A DNA stretch of 64,000 nucleotides from Amphiscolops sp. MND2022 (lineage: Eukaryota), in NCBI GenBank assembly GCA_964187785.1, contig OZ076409.1, positions 2,978,001-3,042,000 on the forward strand, given 5' to 3'. The notes beneath the pieces are model-generated. The model had not been told where the DNA came from. It did no database searches and saw only the letters and a program-made list of their open reading frames with translations. Positions 57,782 through 64,000 of the stretch are shown in pieces (positions within the stretch are counted from its first letter, which is position 1; every line of letters starts with the position of its first letter). Both the position numbers and the translations under genes were made by a program.

Positions 57782-58490
57782 TGTAACGATAAGTGCTGGC
57801 GCTTGAACCGCAACGTAGAGTGGAGGAACTAGAACAGCGAATAGGATCCGGGACCTAGATCTCCGCGGCCCTAGCTCATTTTCCCTCCGAAGGAGCCAGT
57901 CCCAGGGCGGGGGAACCGTCTTGTAAGAAACTCTCTGGCCTGGTCCTAGTCTGTAACTGCTAAAAGTAACAGGCATCTTGCATGACTCAAGACCACTGCT
58001 CAACTAGCCTCTAAAAAGGGTGCTGAAAACTAGAGAAGGTTGAACCATAGTCTTGGAGAATCTGATAAAATCGCCAAATTGGGTAAATAAATACAGATGT
58101 TAAGGGCAGCTCTCGAGCATATCAATCTACTGCAAGAAGAACATTATAAAATCAAGAGTTTGAGTCACTCGATGGAAATTGACCTCGGCTTCCCAGCGCT
58201 AGCGCTAGTCACCACACAGGACACCGTGGGGATTCTCAGGCAAGCATAGGGAACACTGGTTTCTGCTACAAAAGCAACGTTAGTCTCCCAGAGATGGGCA
58301 CAATACCGTGTTCTGCAGATGGAATAGCCGTCTATACAGTCGTCTCTAGCGCTCGTTCTCCGCGGGGCGTCTTCTGCTTTTTGCCGTTTGATTTCTGACA
58401 GGTCTTTAACCTTTAACATGTTCGGGTGCCACGTCAGACCTTGAACGAATTTTTGCTTTGAAAATTTCGTTGCGGGCAGTTGCCGTTACA
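57782..58490 (-). mobile_element. Solo LTR of the element-1 family
   Basis: Aligns end to end with 7181-7895 (3' half nearly identical); TGTAACG...CGTTACA; flanks GAT/GAT. Confidence 0.9.
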
Positions 58491-59616
58491 GATGGTTGAA
58501 ATCTTTTTTGCAGTCTTTGGTAAACTGAATATTATGAAATGTTTGTGACTCATTCTCTAGTAGAATGTGCTCAAACTTTTACATGCTTTCATAAGTTGCA
58601 AGGGAAGCTTAGCAGATTTTTGGAAGCTGCTGAGTGAAATTTTTATGCTGCGACACTAATTTTTCCGGTAAATATTAAGATTTCTCTACAAAGCGCTTGA
58701 ATAAGATAAAATCAGATGTCCACCACGATTTTTGGAAGGTTTAAGATTGCACGTAGCCTTCGTTTTCCTGCTTTCTAATTATTAAAGAAATTTTGAAAAC
58801 TGCTTAGACGTTTTCAAGAGGCTAGGATATGCTTTCAGCCTTTTAGAAATACAAAACTTCCATGCCGGATGCCTGAATTTTCCATATTCTATGAAGAAAT
58901 AATAAGCCTGAATGCATTATGCAAAACTTTCCGGAAGATCACAGGCCTCAAAATTGAAAACCCTTCACAATCACAAGCTATGTGAATCATATTAGCTGTC
59001 AAGTGAAGCGAAATTTTGTAAGGAATAAAAGAACAACATGTGGTCTCAAAATACAGAAGCGGAAAAAAGACCAGGTTGAGCAAATAAAGCGTTCATTCAA
59101 GCTACTATTTCGTTCACTTTATTTGAGAATTACAGTAGCAAGATAACAATTTTTATTGGTTGTTCATTTAACATCTGATACGATTCACTGAACGTGGAAA
59201 CGGTGTATATCGTTAATGGTTGAAAAATTGACGCGTGTGAAACTTGCCAAGTCCACGCCAAAATACACGCAAATCATTAGCCTGCTTCCGCATGGTTTTG
59301 ACTAGGCTACTATGATGTACGACAATGCTATGTATGTTATAGGTTCACATAATCGTCACTACAAGTGAAATTTCAAACAAACATTTTTGTAAACTAGATA
59401 AAATTCTAAGAAACTTTCCTAGCTGGTAAAATTTTGTATTCGTGACAGTTTATGAATGATTTGGTTTTGAGTTTTGCCATTTTATGCAACGAGGTTGCGA
59501 TATTTTAGAACGCTACTGTAGATTGCTGTTACTCCTTTTTGACTATCCAACCAAGTACCTTCGATGTATTCGAACGCTGGTTTTAATTATTTGTACCCAG
59601 TACCGTTGTTAGACTC

Positions 59617-60321
59617 CGGAAGAAAAAGAAAAAAAACGAAGAAGAAGGAGACGAAGAAGAAGACGATGATGCTGACGAAGAAGACGAAGAAGAACAAGAC
59701 GAATGGCAAGAAGAAACAAGCCGGGATCAGCCCAAGTCGGCGCCATATCTAAGGCTCAAAAATAGCAAAAGGGCTTCAAAGTGTCAAGTATTCTCTTCTA
59801 CAGTACCCGCGTGAGGAAAATTTTAAAAAAATCCGAATTTTTTTGAATTTTTTTTCGAAATTTTTTGGTCTCCGGTAAGTCGCATAGTGCCGAAAAATTG
59901 TAAAAGGGGCCCTTTGGGAGGTTTTAAACATCCATTCTTTGCAAAATAGAAAAAAATGAAGGGTGGACCCTTTGGAGACATTAAAAAAATTTGCGAAAAA
60001 AGTCTCACAAAGCCGAAAAAACCTGCAAAAAAAATTTGATCAAGGACGGGACTCGAACCCACGTCCTTCTGCTTGGCAGGCCTCAAAAAACTTAATTAAC
60101 CTCTATGCCAAGTGCCAGCAGTGATAGCTAGCGTTGCAGTTACTGTTACTGTTAGTGCAGTGAAGTCAGCTCAGCTATTTATAACTCTTTATAAAATCTG
60201 TCAGTTCGTTGGTCTTAAAAAAAGAAGTCACTACTATAGTCTGCGTTTTTCTTCGAAAAGCGCCGACTAAAAAGAAGAAAAACGAAGAAGAAGAAGAAGA
60301 AGAAGAAGAAGAAGACGAAGA
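59617..60321. repeat. (GAA/GAC)n microsatellite split by a HINE insertion
   Basis: Visible at 59617-59714 and 60272-60321. Confidence 0.8.
59715..60273 (-). mobile_element. HINE family 1 copy with an internal tRNA-like cassette, inserted in a (GAA)n tract
   Basis: Same termini; A box TGGCATAGAGGT and B box GGTTCGAGTCC at about 60040-60113; GAA/GAC repeats on both sides. Confidence 0.75.
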
Positions 60322-60336
60322 CTAAAGGGTACTTAC

Positions 60337-60466
60337 AATAACAGTTCCGATCATAGTTTGATCTGGACTGTTTTCCTGGACTCTGAACTGATAGGTGCTG
60401 GTCTGAAACTGGGGAGAGTTGTCGTTCACTCGCTGGATCTTTACGCGCACTTCCACGGATGTCGAC
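60337..60466 (-). CDS. Cadherin exon B (STSVEVRVKIQRVNDNSPQF...TMIGTVI)
   Basis: ttttag acceptor, gtaagt donor, 130 bp, phase 2 to 0; NDNSPQF motif. Confidence 0.92.
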
Positions 60467-60844
60467 CTAAAATGAAACAGTGTAATGGAAATAGGCTCTT
60501 GTCTGTGTTCCCCCACCCCACCATCTAAATTTTTTATTGGAATTTTTAACAGTGTTTCAGACTGGTTTTTTAAAGTGGAATCTTGTCCCATAACAGGTAG
60601 TGAAATTCTCATGGAACAGAAAATAGAACTGGGAGGGAAAACTGAAAAAACCTGGAAAATATTCCCAGTGAAATATCTTGAGATTCTTGCCAGCATTTTG
60701 CATATTCCTACATATTCCCTTTTCCTATTGAAAGTTTTGATTACATGAAAATTGACCGTTCAAAACGGAAACATCAATTTTGTTTTTTTTTTCAATCACT
60801 GAGTCCAGCAGGTATTGAACAGCGGTCGGTGCCTTGAAGCTTAC

Positions 60845-61044
60845 CTTGGTTGGGAATCTGTGGGGTTGTCAGAAGCAGTGATAATGAGGGAAAAGAAATT
60901 CGCAGAGAAGGTGGGGGGTATGGCCTGTTTAAGTACAAGCGAGGCATCCTGCATTTCGAAAATGGAGTCGGAACCATCCGAGAAGTAAGTGATTGCATAA
61001 CTCACTTCTCCATTTCCACCTTCGTCTGCGTCACTTGCAGAGAC
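60845..61044 (-). CDS. Cadherin exon A (VSASDADEGGNGEVSY...ITASDNPTDSQP)
   Basis: ttttag acceptor, gtaagc donor, 200 bp, ends phase 2; AxDxD motif. Confidence 0.9.
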
Positions 61045-62642
61045 CTAAAATCATATAGATGTCTGTCAAGTTCAATACATACAAGTCCATGCATGGCATA
61101 CGAGGTTACGAGATTGACTTTCGTATAACCGAGAAAGCTCTGAGAAGAACATATCTGAAACCAATCTCAAATCTGATTGGACGACGAAACAATCAACCCA
61201 CCACTTTCGCTTTCTTTCACTCGATCGGTTACACAAAGCTACACACTAGTTTCATCATTCAGAGCTCACTATCGAATGTAGCGACCAATCACAGTTGAGA
61301 ATTCAATTAGGTTTTCACACCGAGGTGATAAGCTACTGTGCTGCTTTTAATGGTTGGTTATGGTTTTTATGGTCTTATACGCAACTACTAAAAGCGGCTG
61401 AGAGACAGGCTAGCTAGCTTACTTTATTACAACTATTCCGAGGTGTTAGGAGTAGAACAAAAAGGAAGTCAACTGAATACTGATTATTAGTTTTCTCTCT
61501 CTGAAGGAGTAGAGATTTACAATCATTCAATAACAAATAAATGTACATTCTAGAACATTCTATAAACATCTAAATACTATTGGTTATTAATGTAGATCAG
61601 TACATCCATCCCGGTTTTTAAATAAAATTCTAAAGTAGCATCATGAAATGAAGAAAAATTTTTTGTTTAAATGTTCTTAGCGTTTCAGCTAGTTAACATT
61701 TTTCATTTGATGTATGATTGGCATAAGTCTCGTTAAAAGTGGTGTAGTTCGACTCATTGGTGTACCTCGAATTGTCAAAATTTTGATTGACACCTCGTAG
61801 GTGCGACTACAGTTCAAAAAGCGTCAAAGTGTTCTTTTTCACTATGCTTTCGTCGGCTTGTTTTTTGAACTGGTAGATGCTCAATTTTATGCTTCTGTTG
61901 AAGTTTTGAATGAACTTCGCATTGAACAAACGTGAGCAAACATCATACGAGTTAAAGGTCAAAGAGTCAAGGAAATAATATTGTTGAGAAAGAAAAATTT
62001 TGAACGTGAAATACGTTTGAAAAAATTTCAGGTTGTGATTAACTTTGGCGGGTTTGTTATGTAACAAATGTTGAAAACTTTGAGAATTTGGGTCTGTCAT
62101 TATTCAAATTTGATCTGAACAATGTGCTTGATCTGATTTTGAGTTGGTTTTGTTGAAATTTGAAAAGATTTGTTGATAATATTTGTGAATTTTTTGTATA
62201 GGATAGCACCGAAAAATAATAATTATTACTAATTATTCTTTGAAAATAAAGCAAATAAATATCGGTATGGGTATGAATAAAAGATTTTTGGGCAAATAAA
62301 TATGGGTGGGGATGAAATTTGAAATAGTAACTACATAATGAATAATTTCGGTAAAGTTTGAATTCTTTAAATATTAGATGAGTTTGAAACTTTTCGAAAT
62401 GTTATCATGCACAGTGTTTTTTCTTTGAGTTTTCTTTATTATTAATTATCGATCATCTTCGGCTGAGCATGTGGGTGATGATGGACGATGGGAAGATGGA
62501 AGAAGAAGGGTCAGCAGATGAATGAAGGTGGGCAACTGTTGGGCGGCGATGAAATTGAAGATGGGTGCTGATCTGTTGCTCGTAGAAGATGTAGAATTCG
62601 AAGATGAGAGTTGACGGGTGCTGTTGGTGGCGTCTGTTGATG

Positions 62643-63296
62643 TTAGAAGGAAACGTAAGTATATGTTTTATGTGGATAGTTATCGTCTAAAAGTGCTTCT
62701 GGGGGATCTTTTTGAAGTTCTTCGTCAGTGTCATCATTGTCATCTGAGGGCCAATATGAATTTAGACGTTGTTTTTCCATTTCGGAACGCATTCTATTGG
62801 ATAGGGTTCGTAGTAAACGCTTGGGTTTGATTGTAGTATGTTCCGTTTGTGTAGTGGCATCCTTTTGAGTTGAATAAGTGTCAGGATGTTTATGAATATG
62901 GAGATATTGGTCGAAATTTATTCTTGTTATTTGGAATATTTGGAACATATTAAGCAATATCATCCTTGTGAGATGTGGGTCAGCCTTTTTTTCTGTTCGA
63001 AGCTGCGCATTTAATGTCGTTAAATGCTTTTTCAGGATCAAGGATCGCAATCGAGCTGAAGAGATTGAAAGGAAAGGAGCTATCGGGCAGTCAATGTCGC
63101 CAGAGTGGATAGTTGTCATATTGATGAATGAGAAAATTTCGTTGAAAGCTGTAGAGGATACTTCGGAATTCTTCCTGAATGGGTGACCTGAGAGAAGGAA
63201 GGAATGCGGAAGAAGCAGTTGTGACGATATTCTCCTAAAATAGATTAGTTTGTTTACAATAAAGTTCCTTTGAAAATAGAATTTCGTAGTTGACAT
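62643..63296 (-). CDS. Probable homolog of accessory ORF 41019..41471 (217 aa)
   Basis: ATG ORF in the same position; shared IxFxQYxxIH motif. Confidence 0.55.
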   Translation of the reverse strand: MSTTKFYFQRNFIVNKLIYFRRISSQLLLPHSFLLSGHPFRKNSEVSSTAFNEIFSFINMTTIHSGDIDCPIAPFLSISSARLRSLILKKHLTTLNAQLRTEKKADPHLTRMILLNMFQIFQITRINFDQYLHIHKHPDTYSTQKDATTQTEHTTIKPKRLLRTLSNRMRSEMEKQRLNSYWPSDDNDDTDEELQKDPPEALLDDNYPHKTYTYVSF

Positions 63297-63640
63297 TTTT
63301 TTATTGAATTTTGTGATGTTATAACTTTTTAATTTTAAGTATTAAGTTGTTGTATTTTGGAAATATTTTGAAGGGTATTTAAATATCTTTCATATAAGTA
63401 CTTATTTGTTGAAATCGGTCTATTAAAAGGAGGAGCAATTGAAGAATTTCATTGAAAATTTTTATGTCGTGATTGAAATTTTTATGTTATTTCATTTTAA
63501 AAATGTATTTTAACATCAAGTAAGTATTAAATTCATGCATAGCAGGCATATGCGTGTAGATTCAACTATTTTTGACATGTTGTTAAAAGATTAAGTGATA
63601 AGTGTTAATAACTTTAAAGCTATTATCCCATAATTACCAG

Positions 63641-63979
63641 TTAAGATCGATGCATTTTTTCAATAGTGTAGTTGAATTCGTCTAAAGATGTGCGAATGCA
63701 CAAAGCTGATTGGCTAATTCTTGTCGTATCAAATACGATATTTTGTATTATGCTTCGAGCTTGTTCAAGGGTATTTACGATTTCAGCGATTGTTATAAGA
63801 ATATCTCGGTTTGGATGATGATACGGTTTTATGATATTCAGAATTTCTGTATATTTCTGTAATTCATCTGTTGGGCGAAAGCTTTGTGGTTGAGGAATAT
63901 CATTTTTGGTTTTCTTAGGCGATTCTTGTTTTGCCTTTTTATATTCTTTGTGATTTCCATTTGTAAGAAGTGAAAGCAA
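63641..63979 (-). CDS. C-terminal part of the homolog of accessory ORF 39262..40608
   Basis: ILNIIKPY..DTTRISQSALCIRTSL vs ITNLLEPY..DSQRITQSSQAIQTAL. Confidence 0.7.
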   Translation of the reverse strand: MLSLLTNGNHKEYKKAKQESPKKTKNDIPQPQSFRPTDELQKYTEILNIIKPYHHPNRDILITIAEIVNTLEQARSIIQNIVFDTTRISQSALCIRTSLDEFNYTIEKMHRS

Positions 63980-64000
63980 GTGGGAAATAATGAAAATTAA

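Larger units (their letters stand above)
8062..61044 (-). other. Large Fat/Dachsous/protocadherin-type cadherin gene, internal part (16 exons reconstructed; both ends outside the window)
   Basis: Repeated cadherin motifs (LDRE/LDYE, AxDxD, DxNDNxPxF) on the minus strand. Exons join in compatible phases into one open frame of about 1,390 codons. The orthologue cannot be assigned from repeats alone. Confidence 0.92.
61337..64000 (-). mobile_element. 3' end of a diverged relative of the giant element (3' LTR about 61337-61604 plus accessory ORFs)
   Basis: Minus-strand TGTACTG...CAGCACA LTR with an AGCTAGCTA motif; same pre-LTR motif; homologous accessory ORFs in the same order; mirror-image base skew. 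Confidence 0.8.

Overview
AT-rich animal (probably invertebrate) genomic DNA. The backbone is the middle of a large Fat/Dachsous-type cadherin gene on the minus strand. I could join 16 phase-compatible exons (61044 down to about 8062, about 1,390 codons, about 13 cadherin repeats); the gene runs off both ends of the window. Its introns hold many mobile elements. (1) The 3' part of an LTR element (1-7895) with a macrodomain-ending ORF and a 1426-aa extra ORF, plus two related solo LTRs with apparent 3-bp target duplications. (2) A decayed 5.9-kb Mag-like Ty3/Gypsy element (14985-20842). (3) A very young 18-kb Ty3/Gypsy-type endogenous retrovirus-like element (25281-43303; LTRs identical by eye, TAGT TSD) with gag-pol, a chuvirus/gB-like class III glycoprotein and several accessory ORFs. 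(4) The 3' end of a diverged relative of that element (61337-64000). (5) Helentron-type non-autonomous repeats, a MITE and a circularly permuted Tc1-like remnant. The two strongest leads are the giant enveloped retroelement family and a set of four cadherin introns with weak or non-canonical donors (GA, GC, GC, GTCATG). Those four lack polypyrimidine tracts and have complementary sequences at their two ends; one looks like a TIR+TSD transposon-derived intron. All calls are by eye, with no database searches.
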